From the IMG/VR virus record IMGVR_UViG_2684622582_000007: DNA of 26,595 bases, one strand, 5' to 3'. The DNA is from a virus. Its lineage: Duplodnaviria; Heunggongvirae; Uroviricota; Caudoviricetes. The position numbers and the translations under genes are program-made. Shown here in pieces: positions 9,901 through 19,604 of this stretch. The notes beneath the pieces are model-generated. The model ran no database searches. It worked only from the letters and a program-made list of their open reading frames with translations, and was not told the origin of the DNA. Position 1 is the stretch's first letter. Each line of letters begins with the position of its first letter.

Positions 9901-10572
9901 TCAGCGACCAATCACCACAACCTGACCACCATCCCCTTCGTCTGCCGTGCTGATCTCCTGAGAAACCACGCGTGACCCCACGCGCATTTCACCGTACAGA
10001 ACAGGCAGAACATTGCCCTGGGCAACCATGTTATCCAGTGAAGAGAAATACGTGTTCTGCTTACCGTTATCCGTGCTGGTCGCTGTGGGCGTCCGGGCTT
10101 TCGGTGCCAGCATCTGCGCCACACCACCGAGCACCATACTGGCACCGAGAGAAAACAGGATACCGGTCATACCACCGGCCCCAATGGCTGCCCCCCATGC
10201 TGCAAGGGTGGCTCCGGCGGTAAAGAATGATCCGGCAATGGCGGCTGCTCCCAGGACAATCTGGAATACACCCCCTGACTTGGCCCCGGCGACTCTGGGA
10301 ACAATATGAATCACAGCGCCATCAGGCAGAGTCTCATGTAACTGCGCCGTTAATCCGGACGTGCTGACATCCTGCCCGGCAATCCGTACCTGATACCAGC
10401 CGTCGCTCAGTTTCTGACGAAACGCCGGGAGCTGTGTGGCCAGCGCCCGAATGGCTTCAGCCCCCGTTTTCACACGAAGGTCGATGCGGCGGCCAAATCG
10501 TTGTAAATCCCCGTAAAGGCAGATGCGTGCCATTCCCGGTGACGCCAGAGGGAGTGTGTGCGTCGCTGCCAT
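9901..10572 (-). CDS. I: Tail tip assembly protein I
   Basis: 223 aa, matches lambda gpI. Overlaps the K 3' end by 103 nt, as in lambda. Confidence 0.93.
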   Translation of the reverse strand: MAATHTLPLASPGMARICLYGDLQRFGRRIDLRVKTGAEAIRALATQLPAFRQKLSDGWYQVRIAGQDVSTSGLTAQLHETLPDGAVIHIVPRVAGAKSGGVFQIVLGAAAIAGSFFTAGATLAAWGAAIGAGGMTGILFSLGASMVLGGVAQMLAPKARTPTATSTDNGKQNTYFSSLDNMVAQGNVLPVLYGEMRVGSRVVSQEISTADEGDGGQVVVIGR

Positions 10573-11213
10573 TTGTCGGTATACCTCTCTCGTTTACTCA
10601 GTTGTTCAGGAATATGGTGCAGCAGCTCACCGTCGCCGCAGTAAATGGCGGCATGATTCGGCACCGATGAACCAAAACAGCACAGCAGCACATCGCCCGG
10701 TTGTGCTGATGACAACGCCACCTGATACAGCCCTGTGGCCTCCAGATTATCCAGATAGAGATTCTGACCTGATTTCCACCAGTCATCATGTCGGTAAAAA
10801 TCCGGCAAATCGATACCTGCAAGATGATAGGCATCGCGGAACAGCGTATAACAGTCTGTCACCCCGTGCTCAAAGCGCCGCCCGGTGAGATGCGGCACAC
10901 AGCGGAACTTGTGAATCGCCCCCCGGCAGACCAGCCACCACGGCAAATCACTCTGCACCTGCAGCCGCCTGTCGGCCTCACTCAGCCAGGGCAGACCACC
11001 GGGGTGGCTGTGGACCAGCGCCACAATCTCACCCTGCATTTCTGCCTGCAGCCAGTCCTCCGGCGACATACGGAAATACGCCTCCGGCTCACCGGAAATA
11101 TTCACGCCGGGAAAATATCTCTCCCCCTCCGGCGTTCTCACCACGAAGCCGCACGACTCCGCTGGCGCACATCGCCGGGCGTGCGCCAGAATCGCTGATT
11201 CTGTCTCTGTCAT
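10470..11213 (-). CDS. K: Tail tip assembly protein K (MPN/JAMM and NlpC/P60 domains)
   Basis: JAMM motif HSHPGGLPWLSEAD (H-x-H-x7-S-x2-D) and Cys/His NlpC/P60-like residues (VTDCYTLF, PNHAAIY). The ATG at 11213 (MTETES...), 4 nt after the L stop, is preferred because it includes the upstream Glu residues an MPN domain needs. The classical lambda start corresponds to the internal ATG at 11069. Confidence 0.85.
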   Translation of the reverse strand: MTETESAILAHARRCAPAESCGFVVRTPEGERYFPGVNISGEPEAYFRMSPEDWLQAEMQGEIVALVHSHPGGLPWLSEADRRLQVQSDLPWWLVCRGAIHKFRCVPHLTGRRFEHGVTDCYTLFRDAYHLAGIDLPDFYRHDDWWKSGQNLYLDNLEATGLYQVALSSAQPGDVLLCCFGSSVPNHAAIYCGDGELLHHIPEQLSKRERYTDKWQRRTHSLWRHREWHASAFTGIYNDLAAASTFV

Positions 11214-11217
11214 GGGT

Positions 11218-11916
11218 TTACTGCGAAAGTTTGTTAATGGAAAGGAAGCCGCCAAAGTTGCCGACGTTATTGCGAAACTTACAGCCACTCAGGCATTTGC
11301 TGCATTTATCCTTCGTGATATCGGACGTCGGCTGATCATATTCATCCGCGACTGCCGGACCGTGATAACCGCACTCATCACCGCGATAGGTCCAGGTGCA
11401 GGTGTTGGCCAGCATGATACGTCCCGGAAAAACAGCGCCATCCGTTTCCGTCGGCGTGGACAGTACAAAGGAGGCACTGACCGCGCTCAGTTCGCTGCAC
11501 TGCTCGATGCGCCAGCGGCTGATCACCTCCTGCTCCGGATCGGCGTCACTGTTTCCGTTGACGAAGTTCACCGCATCCAGAAAACGGGCGTAAACCTTAC
11601 GCCGGACCACCGTTCCGCCGACCAGACTCTGCAGGTCTTCCGCCATCCCCGTGACCATGCCGTGCAGGTTAGAAACCGTCAGTGTCGGACGGGCAGCACT
11701 GCCCTTGCCGTTCAGTTCAAATCCCGTCCCCTGAATGGGGTATGCCTGATACTGCCGCCCCTGCCAGGTAACCGGCTCACCTTTTTCGTTCTGCTCATTA
11801 CAGAAAAAATAACGTTCACCACCGACCTCTGTCAGATCGATTTCCCAGAGCACCACGCTGGCCGACTGCTCCGCACGGGTGCATTCATTCAGTGTTTCCT
11901 GCCGGATATCCTGCAT
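11218..11916 (-). CDS. L: Tail tip assembly protein L
   Basis: 232 aa, MQDIRQETLNECTRAEQSASVVLWEIDLTEVGGERYFFCNEQ..., matches lambda gpL. Confidence 0.95.
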   Translation of the reverse strand: MQDIRQETLNECTRAEQSASVVLWEIDLTEVGGERYFFCNEQNEKGEPVTWQGRQYQAYPIQGTGFELNGKGSAARPTLTVSNLHGMVTGMAEDLQSLVGGTVVRRKVYARFLDAVNFVNGNSDADPEQEVISRWRIEQCSELSAVSASFVLSTPTETDGAVFPGRIMLANTCTWTYRGDECGYHGPAVADEYDQPTSDITKDKCSKCLSGCKFRNNVGNFGGFLSINKLSQ

Positions 11917-12245
11917 CAGTTCACCACCTGTTCAAACTCTGCGCTGAACTCAACACGCAGCATACTGACCCGCGACGACCATTTTGCGCAGGTCACCTTT
12001 ATCTGCCGCCACTCATAAGGCGGCGTCCACAGAAAGGCTTTCCAGCCCCCGTGCTCTTCCAGAAACGACTCCAGTACCGTGGCCTCCTCACGGGGGACAG
12101 AAAGCGTCACGCTGTACGTTTTCAGGTTGGCATTCAGCCCGGCAGGCGCTCGCTGGGAATAGCCATCACCAAAGCGCACCTTTCTTACAGAAGGGGCCGA
12201 AGCCACATCCATACCGGGTTTCACTTTCCAGCGGAAGGTTTTCAT
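11916..12245 (-). CDS. M: Tail tip assembly protein M
   Basis: 109 aa, matches lambda gpM. 4-nt overlap with H. Confidence 0.95.
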   Translation of the reverse strand: MKTFRWKVKPGMDVASAPSVRKVRFGDGYSQRAPAGLNANLKTYSVTLSVPREEATVLESFLEEHGGWKAFLWTPPYEWRQIKVTCAKWSSRVSMLRVEFSAEFEQVVN

Positions 12246-14803
12246 CGTCCACCTCCGGAGAACAGGCCACCATCACGCATCTGTGTCTGAATTTCATCAC
12301 GGGCACCCTTGCGGGCCATGTCATACACCGCCTTCAGAGCAGCCGGACCTATCTGCCCGTTCGTGCCGTCGTTGTTAATCACCACATGGTTATTCTGCTC
12401 AAACTTCCCGGACGCCTGCGAGAGGCTGTCCGCCATGCTGCCCGGTGTACCGACATAACCGCCGGTGGCATAGCCGCGCATCAGCCGGTAAAGATTTCCC
12501 ACGCCAATCCGGCTGGTTGCCTCCTTCGTGAAGACAAACTCACCACGGTGAACAATCCCCGCTGGCTCATATTTGCCGCCGGTTCCCGTAAATCCCCCGG
12601 TCGCAAAATGGAATTTCGCCGCAGCGGCCTGAATGGATGTACCGCCTGACGCTGATGCGCCGCCACCAACAGCCCCGCCAATGGCGCTGCCGATACTCCC
12701 GACAATCCCCACCATTGCCTGCTTAAGCAGAATTTCTGTCATCATGGACAGCACGGAACGGGTGAAGCTGCGCCAGTTCTGCTCACTGCCGGTCAGCATC
12801 GCCGCCATATTCTGTGCAATACCATCAAAGGTCTGCGTGGCTGCACTTTTTACCTGCGACATACTGTCCGTGGCGCTCTCTTCCCACTCACTCCAGCCGG
12901 ACTTCAGGCCTGCCATCCAGCTCCCGCGAAGCTGGTCTTCAGCCGCCCAGGTCTTTTTCTGCTCTGACATGACGTTATTCAGCGCCAGCGGATTATCGCC
13001 ATACTGTTCCTTCAGACGCTGTTCTGTGGCTTCCCGCGCTGCCTGCCGGTCAGTCAGCCCCCGGTTTTTCGCATCAATGGCGGCCCGTTTTGCCCGTTGC
13101 TGCTGTGCGAATTTATCCGCCTGCTGCGCCAGCGCGTTCAGGCGCTCCTGATACGTAACCTTGTCGCCAAGTGCAGCCAGCTGGCGTTTGTACTCCAGCG
13201 TCTCATCTTTATGCGCCAGCAGGGATTTCTCCTGTGCGGACAGCTGGCGACGTTGTGCCGCCTCCTCCAGTACCGCGAACTGACTTTCTGCCTTCCACAA
13301 ATCCCGGCGCTGCTGGCTGATTTTCTCATTCGCTCCGGCATGCTTCTCCAGCGTCCGGAGTTCTGCCTGAAGCGTCAGCAGGGCAGCATGAGCACTGTCT
13401 TCCTGACGATCGCCCGCAGACACCTTCACGCCGGACTGTTTCGGCTTTTTCAGCGTCGCTTCATAATCCTTTTTCGCCGCCGCCATCAGCGTGTTGTAAT
13501 CCGCCTGCAGGATTTTCCCGTCTTTCAGTGCCTTGTTCAGTTCTTCCTGACGGGCGGTATATTTCTCCAGCGGCGTCTGCAGCCGTTCGTAAGCCTTCTG
13601 CGCCTCTTCGGTATATTTCAGCCGTGACGCTTCGGTATCGCTCTGCTGCTGCACATTTTTGTCCTGTTGAGTCTGCTGCTCAGCCTTCTTTCGGGCGGCT
13701 TCAAGCGCAAGACGGGCCTTTTCACGATCATCCCAGTAACGCGCCCGCGCTTCATCGTTAACAAAATAATCATCCTTGCGCAGATTCCAGATGTCGTCTG
13801 CTTTCTTAAACGCAGCCTCTGCCTTAATCAGCATCTCCTGCGCGGTATCAGGACGACCAATATCCAGCACCGCATCCCACATGGATTTGAATGCCCGCGC
13901 TGTCCTGTCTGCCCAGGTCTCCAGCGTGCCCATGTTCTCTTTCAGGCGGCGGGTCTGGTCATCAAACCCTTTCGTTGCGGCCTCGTTCGCCTCCTGCAAT
14001 GCCCCGGCCTCATCGCCGGAACGCTGCAACTGAGCAACATACGCAATCTGCTCCGCCGTCACGTTATGGAACTGACGCGCCATCGCTGTCAGCCCTGACG
14101 TCGGGTCTGTGGTCAGCTTCCCGAAGGCTTCAGCGACCTTGTCCACCTCCACGCCGGATGCAGAGGAGAAACGCGCCACACTCTGGCTGATGGACGCAAT
14201 CTGAGCCTCACCGCTTACCCCCGCCTTAACCAGTGCGCTGAGTGACTCGCTGGTCTGGTTAAACGTCAGCCCTGCCGCCTGCCCGGCTCTGGACAGGACC
14301 AGCATACGATCTGCCGTCAGCCCCGACTGATTGCCGGAAAGGACCAGCGTTTTGTTGAAATCGGACAGGGTTGAGTTGCCCTGATACCAGGCATACGCCA
14401 GCGCACCGGTCGCCACCGCCAGCGAGGTGGCCCCCACCATCGGCAGGGTGATCGCACCGGCAAGCCCCCTGAACATGGGGATCATCCCGCCGAAGGAGTC
14501 CTTAACCTGACCACCCTGTTGCAGCAGGATCAGCCACGGACTTTGCCCGCCTGCAAGCTGCGTGGCCACGTCGGTGAACTGTGCAGGCAGCATACGCATG
14601 GCGGCTTTATACTGCCCGACGGAAATCCCCGCTTTCTGTGCAGCCAGCGCCTGTCGGCTCAGCGACTGTTCAACGACTGCCGCTGTTTTTTTCGCATCAC
14701 TTTCCGTACCGGAAAAATGACGCCTGACTCTGGCCATCTGCTCGTCAAATCTGGCCGCATCCAGACTCAAATCAACGACCAGATCGCCTACCGGTTCAGC
14801 CAT
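12242..14803 (-). CDS. H: Tail tape measure protein H
   Basis: 853 aa, MAEPVGDLVVDLSLDAARFDEQMARVRRHF..., same length and position as lambda gpH. Confidence 0.95.
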   Translation of the reverse strand: MAEPVGDLVVDLSLDAARFDEQMARVRRHFSGTESDAKKTAAVVEQSLSRQALAAQKAGISVGQYKAAMRMLPAQFTDVATQLAGGQSPWLILLQQGGQVKDSFGGMIPMFRGLAGAITLPMVGATSLAVATGALAYAWYQGNSTLSDFNKTLVLSGNQSGLTADRMLVLSRAGQAAGLTFNQTSESLSALVKAGVSGEAQIASISQSVARFSSASGVEVDKVAEAFGKLTTDPTSGLTAMARQFHNVTAEQIAYVAQLQRSGDEAGALQEANEAATKGFDDQTRRLKENMGTLETWADRTARAFKSMWDAVLDIGRPDTAQEMLIKAEAAFKKADDIWNLRKDDYFVNDEARARYWDDREKARLALEAARKKAEQQTQQDKNVQQQSDTEASRLKYTEEAQKAYERLQTPLEKYTARQEELNKALKDGKILQADYNTLMAAAKKDYEATLKKPKQSGVKVSAGDRQEDSAHAALLTLQAELRTLEKHAGANEKISQQRRDLWKAESQFAVLEEAAQRRQLSAQEKSLLAHKDETLEYKRQLAALGDKVTYQERLNALAQQADKFAQQQRAKRAAIDAKNRGLTDRQAAREATEQRLKEQYGDNPLALNNVMSEQKKTWAAEDQLRGSWMAGLKSGWSEWEESATDSMSQVKSAATQTFDGIAQNMAAMLTGSEQNWRSFTRSVLSMMTEILLKQAMVGIVGSIGSAIGGAVGGGASASGGTSIQAAAAKFHFATGGFTGTGGKYEPAGIVHRGEFVFTKEATSRIGVGNLYRLMRGYATGGYVGTPGSMADSLSQASGKFEQNNHVVINNDGTNGQIGPAALKAVYDMARKGARDEIQTQMRDGGLFSGGGR

Positions 14804-15230
14804 ACCGGACTCCTCCTGCGATCCCTTCTGATACTGTCATCAGCATTACGTCATCCTCCGTCATGTCCGCCACATCCGGGGAAGTAGGGATAACTTCATT
14901 CCCGTCCGGGCCAAAGCGGACACCTCCGGCAAGCCCTGCCGCTTTCTGCATCAGCACATCATCTTCAGGCTCTTCGTCAGCCTCGCGCCGGTTCAGCAGA
15001 CTGAAATCCAGCGGATGCATATCCGGATCGCTGAAAAACAGGCTGAGCACGGTGTACGTCAGCCCGGAAAAGTGCATATCCAGCAGAACATCATGAAAAT
15101 AATGGGTACTGTAAAAGCGGTGCCAGTCGGCATACTCCGTGGATGACATCCCGGCAAGCATGGCACGCCAGTCGGGTCGCCCCATCTCACGCGCCAGTTT
15201 CAGGGCAAAACTCAGCTCACCGTCGAACAC
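14796..15230 (-). CDS. T: Tail assembly chaperone T segment, expressed as the G-T fusion by -1 programmed frameshift
   Basis: ORF in the -1 frame relative to G, beginning at the slippery site, matches lambda gpT. No independent initiation is expected. Confidence 0.9.
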   Translation of the reverse strand: MFDGELSFALKLAREMGRPDWRAMLAGMSSTEYADWHRFYSTHYFHDVLLDMHFSGLTYTVLSLFFSDPDMHPLDFSLLNRREADEEPEDDVLMQKAAGLAGGVRFGPDGNEVIPTSPDVADMTEDDVMLMTVSEGIAGGVRYG

Positions 15231-15634
15231 TTTCCCGCAGAAACAGGCTCTGCGGGCCCGGCGACCTCTGTCTGTTCAGGGGCATTATTCACAACAAACT
15301 CATACATACCAGACAGCCGGTACACCACGTTTTCAGCATGAGAAATTGCCTCCGTGGGCCAGGTGGTAAGCACTTCCTGCTCAATCTGTTTAACGGCTTC
15401 ATTCATGGACGGCATCTGCGTCTTCTTCGGATGGTTATGCCACAGGGACATCGCCACCAGAAACGCGCCGGTTCTGATGGCGTCTTCCACAGTAAACTTC
15501 CGGTTGCTGTCTGACTCCGCCTGTTCTGCCTGCCGTTTCATCAGGGCGAGATGCTCAATACGCTGCAGGGCTGACAGTTCAGAAAGCGTGACGGTCACGC
15601 CGTTATGTTCAAATGATTCGGTTTTCAGGAACAT
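15212..15634 (-). CDS. G: Tail assembly chaperone G
   Basis: 140 aa, matches lambda gpG. Confidence 0.95.
   Translation of the reverse strand: MFLKTESFEHNGVTVTLSELSALQRIEHLALMKRQAEQAESDSNRKFTVEDAIRTGAFLVAMSLWHNHPKKTQMPSMNEAVKQIEQEVLTTWPTEAISHAENVVYRLSGMYEFVVNNAPEQTEVAGPAEPVSAGKCSTVS
15230..15236 (-). other. Programmed -1 ribosomal frameshift slippery heptamer G GGA AAG (G-T fusion)
   Basis: Minus-strand GGGAAAG lies in the G zero frame as GCG GGA AAG (encoding ...SAGK), 18 nt before the G stop. The -1 frame continues as VFDGELSF..., the T ORF. The mechanism is established for lambda G-T. Confidence 0.85.
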
Positions 15635-15649
15635 CGCTGACTCTCCGGA

Positions 15650-16390
15650 TTAACTGTCGGTGACAGTGATTTCTGCAACCGCAGCAAGTTCACCATTACC
15701 GGATACAACCGGAATGTTGACCTTACCTGCAGCAACGCCTTTCACGGTGATGGTCATACCACTGACCGACACGGTGGCTTTTGTTTTATCCGCTGACACC
15801 GCACGGAAGCTCTTGTCAGTTGCGCCCTCCGGCTGGAATGCCACGGTCAGCGTGGTGCTCTGCCCTTTCACCACCGAGGAGCTGGCAGGCGTCACAGTCA
15901 TACCGGTTGCCGCCGTCACCGTACTGCGATCTTCTGCCATTGACGGACGGCCCACATTGGTGACCTTCACCGTACGGGTGATCACTTCCTTCGCCGTCAC
16001 CGCCTTACCGATACTGCTGACCCAGCCACGGAACACATCGACCGTGCCGTTCGGGAAGCGGATTTTATAGGCACGGGTATCACCTTCATTAAACCACGCC
16101 AGCAGCGCCTGCTGCCCCTGCTCTCCGGGCATCCACGCCAGCGTGAAGCTGGTATCTCCGGCGGATTTCTGCCCCTGCCCGGTCGCGGTCCAGTCCGCAT
16201 CTTCATCATCGAGATAACTGTCGTCATAGGACTCAGCGGTCAGTTCGCCGGGCGTCAGGTCTTTAACTTTAGCCAGACGCGACCAGTCAACGTCTGAAAG
16301 CGGGTTCGCATAAGGGTCGCCGCTCCCGTTATAAACCCACAGGGTGGTTCCGGCACCTTTCACCGGTATTGCTGGATTTGGTACAGGCAT
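15650..16390 (-). CDS. V: Major tail tube protein V
   Basis: 246 aa from the ATG at 16390 ([20 protein letters not shown]...), matches lambda gpV including the C-terminal Ig-like domain. Confidence 0.95.
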   Translation of the reverse strand: MPVPNPAIPVKGAGTTLWVYNGSGDPYANPLSDVDWSRLAKVKDLTPGELTAESYDDSYLDDEDADWTATGQGQKSAGDTSFTLAWMPGEQGQQALLAWFNEGDTRAYKIRFPNGTVDVFRGWVSSIGKAVTAKEVITRTVKVTNVGRPSMAEDRSTVTAATGMTVTPASSSVVKGQSTTLTVAFQPEGATDKSFRAVSADKTKATVSVSGMTITVKGVAAGKVNIPVVSGNGELAAVAEITVTDS

Positions 16391-16397
16391 ATCGTCC

Positions 16398-16793
16398 TCA
16401 CATTTCATAGGTAATGACATAAGTCAGATCGGCAGAACTCCACAGGCCCGCATCATCGTCGCGCCGGTAGTCATAGCCACTGGCCACCATACTGGTGATC
16501 AAATCTGACAGTGCCGGGATATCGCTCATCACCGGATAAATCCGGGACTCCATCCACGCATCCAGCTCTGAATCCGGCACCTGAGCAGGCAGGAAAACTT
16601 CGATATGCAGTTCCGCCTGCCAGGTATCGCTGTCCAGCTCTTCGCCCGTGTATTCAGCGCCGGTGAGATAAACGGCAACTGCCGGAAAATCCGCCTCATC
16701 AAAAACAGCGGGGCGACCATCAAAAAACGTCGCCCCGGTGTCATGCTTCTCCAGTGCATCCAGTACGGCTGCACGGAGTTCAGTATGTTTCAT
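16398..16793 (-). CDS. U: Tail terminator protein U
   Basis: 131 aa, matches lambda gpU. Confidence 0.95.
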   Translation of the reverse strand: MKHTELRAAVLDALEKHDTGATFFDGRPAVFDEADFPAVAVYLTGAEYTGEELDSDTWQAELHIEVFLPAQVPDSELDAWMESRIYPVMSDIPALSDLITSMVASGYDYRRDDDAGLWSSADLTYVITYEM

Positions 16794-17368
16794 CGCTTTA
16801 TTACCATCCTCAGTTGATGCTGCAGCGCATAGCCCAGCTCTTTCGGAAGACGCTCACGCCGTATCCGCTCAATATTCTGTTTAAACGCCGTGGTCAGCGG
16901 CACCGCCATCGGGATTTTCACCACATCAATGGGGTAACGGTTTTTCCCGGCCACACGCTGCATGACATGCCAGCGGCCATTTTTCAGTTGCTGAATAAAC
17001 GCGCCGGGAATACGACGGTTTCCCACCACAAGCACGCTGCCGCCACCTTTCAGGGCTGAACGCTGCCCCTTTTTACGACGCCTGCGTCGGGACAGGACAA
17101 TCCGCGCGTTACCCAGCTTTATTACGGGCAAATCCCCGCGGTTAACCTTGATTCTGGCCTGCGGATTTTTGACCGTGGCCCTTTTCAGCCTGGCCCTTTC
17201 CTTTACCAGTTTCCGGCGTACCTTTGTCTCACGGGCAACCTGTGACGCCGACTGCGATATCGCGGATGAAGCAACGCGGTTAATGGCCATTGCGGCGGCA
17301 CCGGGCACCGCCGTTCTGCTGATACGGCTGAGGTTTTCAACGGCCTGCTCAAGACCTTTTATGGCCAT
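16790..17368 (-). CDS. Z: Tail completion protein Z
   Basis: 192 aa, matches lambda gpZ. Confidence 0.95.
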   Translation of the reverse strand: MAIKGLEQAVENLSRISRTAVPGAAAMAINRVASSAISQSASQVARETKVRRKLVKERARLKRATVKNPQARIKVNRGDLPVIKLGNARIVLSRRRRRKKGQRSALKGGGSVLVVGNRRIPGAFIQQLKNGRWHVMQRVAGKNRYPIDVVKIPMAVPLTTAFKQNIERIRRERLPKELGYALQHQLRMVIKR

Positions 17369-17379
17369 ACATCCCCCTT

Positions 17380-17733
17380 TCAGCGGCGACGGTTAACGGC
17401 AGGCGGTACGCCCCGCCCAAGCCAGAGATGACAGCTTCCGCCATCATCCGGCGAAATCCGGTCTATCCAGAAGTTTTCCTCACCGATGGTCAGCGTGTCG
17501 CCGCGCCGCAGCTGTCGCACATCATCAGTCCGGACAAACAGGGACGGGCTGGAGCCTTCAACGCGTACGCCCTGTCCGGCATAGCTGATATTTTCAGGGT
17601 CATCAAAAACACCACGTATTACTGCGCCGGACTGCTCACCGGATGTCATGGTGGCTGACGTTCCCATGTACCCGCGTATCGTTTCATCGGCGCGGGCAAT
17701 GGCAGCATCGAACAGGTTATCGAAATCAGCCAC
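17380..17733 (-). CDS. FII: Head-tail joining protein FII
   Basis: 117 aa, matches lambda gpFII. Confidence 0.95.
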   Translation of the reverse strand: MADFDNLFDAAIARADETIRGYMGTSATMTSGEQSGAVIRGVFDDPENISYAGQGVRVEGSSPSLFVRTDDVRQLRRGDTLTIGEENFWIDRISPDDGGSCHLWLGRGVPPAVNRRR

Positions 17734-17744
17734 AGCGCCTCCCG

Positions 17745-18140
17745 TTATTGCATTCTGGCCAGGCCACGTTCTGTCATTTCGGCTGCCACACCGGCAGAGA
17801 CACGAAACGCCGTTCCCGGCAGCACAAATGCCACAGGTTCATCCCGCGTGGCGTGAAGTGCATCGGTATGCAGCGTCACCAGTGCCACAACCGTGACCAG
17901 AGCAGCCGTATCAGTCACGGTATCCGTCTGTGCTGATACCACCTCATTTTCATGTCCGGTCAGCGCATTTTCCGGTCTGAGAGGGGTATCCTGACCGGCA
18001 GCGTCATCCGTGTCATCAAGCTCCTCTTCCAGCTCTGCCACACGGAGCGCCAGTTCTTCTTTCGTCCCCGTCAGGCTGACATCACGGTTCAGTTGCTCAC
18101 CCAGCGACCGGAGACGGACAATCAGTTCATCTTTCGTCAT
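17745..18140 (-). CDS. FI: DNA packaging / head assembly accessory protein FI
   Basis: 131 aa from the ATG at 18140 (MTKDELIVRLRSLGEQLNRDV...), matches lambda gpFI with minor differences. Confidence 0.9.
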   Translation of the reverse strand: MTKDELIVRLRSLGEQLNRDVSLTGTKEELALRVAELEEELDDTDDAAGQDTPLRPENALTGHENEVVSAQTDTVTDTAALVTVVALVTLHTDALHATRDEPVAFVLPGTAFRVSAGVAAEMTERGLARMQ

Positions 18141-18161
18141 GGACTCCTCCACAGAGAGAAA

Positions 18162-18179
18162 ATGGCCCCTAAGGGCCAT
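18162..18179 (-). promoter_or_regulatory. Hairpin just after the E stop (ATGGCCC-CTAA-GGGCCAT); possible attenuator or mRNA-stabilising structure between the capsid gene and FI
   Basis: Perfect 7-bp inverted repeat read from sequence between the E stop (18182) and FI start (18140). Confidence 0.4.
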
Positions 18180-18181
18180 GA

Positions 18182-19207
18182 TTACGCCAGTTGTACGGAC
18201 ACGAACTCATCAGGGTCAGCCAGCAGCATCAGCGGTGCTGACTGAATCATGGTGAACTCACGCGCCGGATCGCCGGTGGTCACCCAGTTTTTCGGGTAAC
18301 GGGCAGAGGCGTTAATGCCTTCGCGCTGTGCGTCCGCATCCTGAATGCAGCCATAGGTGCGCAGACCGCGTGCCTGAGTGTTCCCCAGTACCATCGTGTT
18401 GTCCGGCAGGAAGTTCTTTTTGACGCCGTTTTCCACGTACTGTCCGGAATACACGACGATGGCCACATCGCCATACATCCCCTTATAGGACACCGCTTTA
18501 CCCAGGTCTTTCACCGCTGTCTCCAGCTCGGAATGAGAGCCGCGACGGGTATCCAGCTTCTCCTTGACGGCTTTGAAGGAACGGAACAGCGCCCAGCCTT
18601 TCGGATCAAACACGATGATATTCACCACGCCGCTGGCGTTCAGCGCGTAGGCTTCGATATCGTCGGTCGGGTCATACATGGACTTGTCACGCTTGCTCCA
18701 CTCCGTGCCGCCGGACTGCGTGATGTTGTTCGCCGCACTGCGGCCCATATCCACCTCAACCGGATCGAAGGCTTCACCGGTCATGGTGTATTTGCCCTTG
18801 AGCACGGCAGAAACTGCCTGCATCTCTTCGACCTGAGCAATGGCCAGCTCTTCGTCACGCATGTTCTGCAGGATGATGCGACGGCGGCGGTAAGCCGGGT
18901 CCGCCAGATTCTGCGGATCTTCATCCGGCAGGCGACGCAGGGTCATCTGCGGATTCACTTCATGCTTGGGTTTGACATATCCCGGCGTAAATTCAGAGGT
19001 GGAGCCGCCACGGGAACGGATAACCTCACCGGAAACAATCGGCGAAACGTACAGCGCCATGTTTACCAATCCCGGAATTTGTGAGAGATAGACTTTCTCC
19101 GTAGTGAAGGGATAGCTCTCACGGAAAAAGAGACGCAGAAACAGCGGATCAAACTTAAATTTCTGCTCATTTGCCGCCAGCAGCTGGGCGGTTGTGTACA
19201 TCGACAT
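18182..19207 (-). CDS. E: Major capsid protein E
   Basis: 341 aa from the ATG at 19207 (MSMYTTAQLLAANEQKFKFDPLFLRLFFRESYPF...), matches lambda gpE. Confidence 0.97.
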   Translation of the reverse strand: MSMYTTAQLLAANEQKFKFDPLFLRLFFRESYPFTTEKVYLSQIPGLVNMALYVSPIVSGEVIRSRGGSTSEFTPGYVKPKHEVNPQMTLRRLPDEDPQNLADPAYRRRRIILQNMRDEELAIAQVEEMQAVSAVLKGKYTMTGEAFDPVEVDMGRSAANNITQSGGTEWSKRDKSMYDPTDDIEAYALNASGVVNIIVFDPKGWALFRSFKAVKEKLDTRRGSHSELETAVKDLGKAVSYKGMYGDVAIVVYSGQYVENGVKKNFLPDNTMVLGNTQARGLRTYGCIQDADAQREGINASARYPKNWVTTGDPAREFTMIQSAPLMLLADPDEFVSVQLA

Positions 19208-19220
19208 AAAAAAATCCCGT

Positions 19221-19241
19221 AAAAAAAGCCGCACAGGCGGC
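19221..19241 (-). promoter_or_regulatory. Hairpin between D and E (GCCGC-ACAG-GCGGC), followed by U7 on the minus strand; terminator-like attenuator
   Basis: Inverted repeat plus an A7 run on the plus strand, read from sequence in the D-E gap. Confidence 0.4.
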
Positions 19242-19262
19242 CTTTAGTGATGAAGGGTAAAG

Positions 19263-19595
19263 TTAAACGATGCTGATTGCCGTTCCGGCAAACGCGGTCC
19301 GTTTTTTCGTCTCGTCGCTGGCAGCCTCCGGCCAGAGCACATCCTCATAACGGAACGTGCCGGACTTGTAGAACGTCAGCGTGGTGCTGGTCTGGTCAGC
19401 ATCAACCGCCAGAATGCCAACGGCAGCACCGTCGGTGGTGCCATCCCACGCAACCAGCTTACGGGTGGAGGTATCCAGCATCAGCGGGGTCATTGCAGGC
19501 GCTTTCGCACTCAATCCGCCGGGCGCGGTTGCCGTATGTGCCGGGTCACTGTTGCCCAGCGGCTGGTAATGGGTAAAGGTTTCTTTGCTCGTCAT
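19263..19595 (-). CDS. D: Capsid decoration protein D
   Basis: 110 aa from the ATG at 19595 ([43 protein letters not shown]...), matches lambda gpD. Confidence 0.95.
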   Translation of the reverse strand: MTSKETFTHYQPLGNSDPAHTATAPGGLSAKAPAMTPLMLDTSTRKLVAWDGTTDGAAVGILAVDADQTSTTLTFYKSGTFRYEDVLWPEAASDETKKRTAFAGTAISIV

Positions 19596-19604
19596 AAACA
19601 TCCC

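Noticed and set aside
14796-15230. Treating T as an independently initiated gene from the GTG at 15230
   Set aside because: In lambda, T is made only as the G-T frameshift fusion. The apparent start codon is part of the slippery heptamer, so it is annotated as the frameshift-dependent segment.
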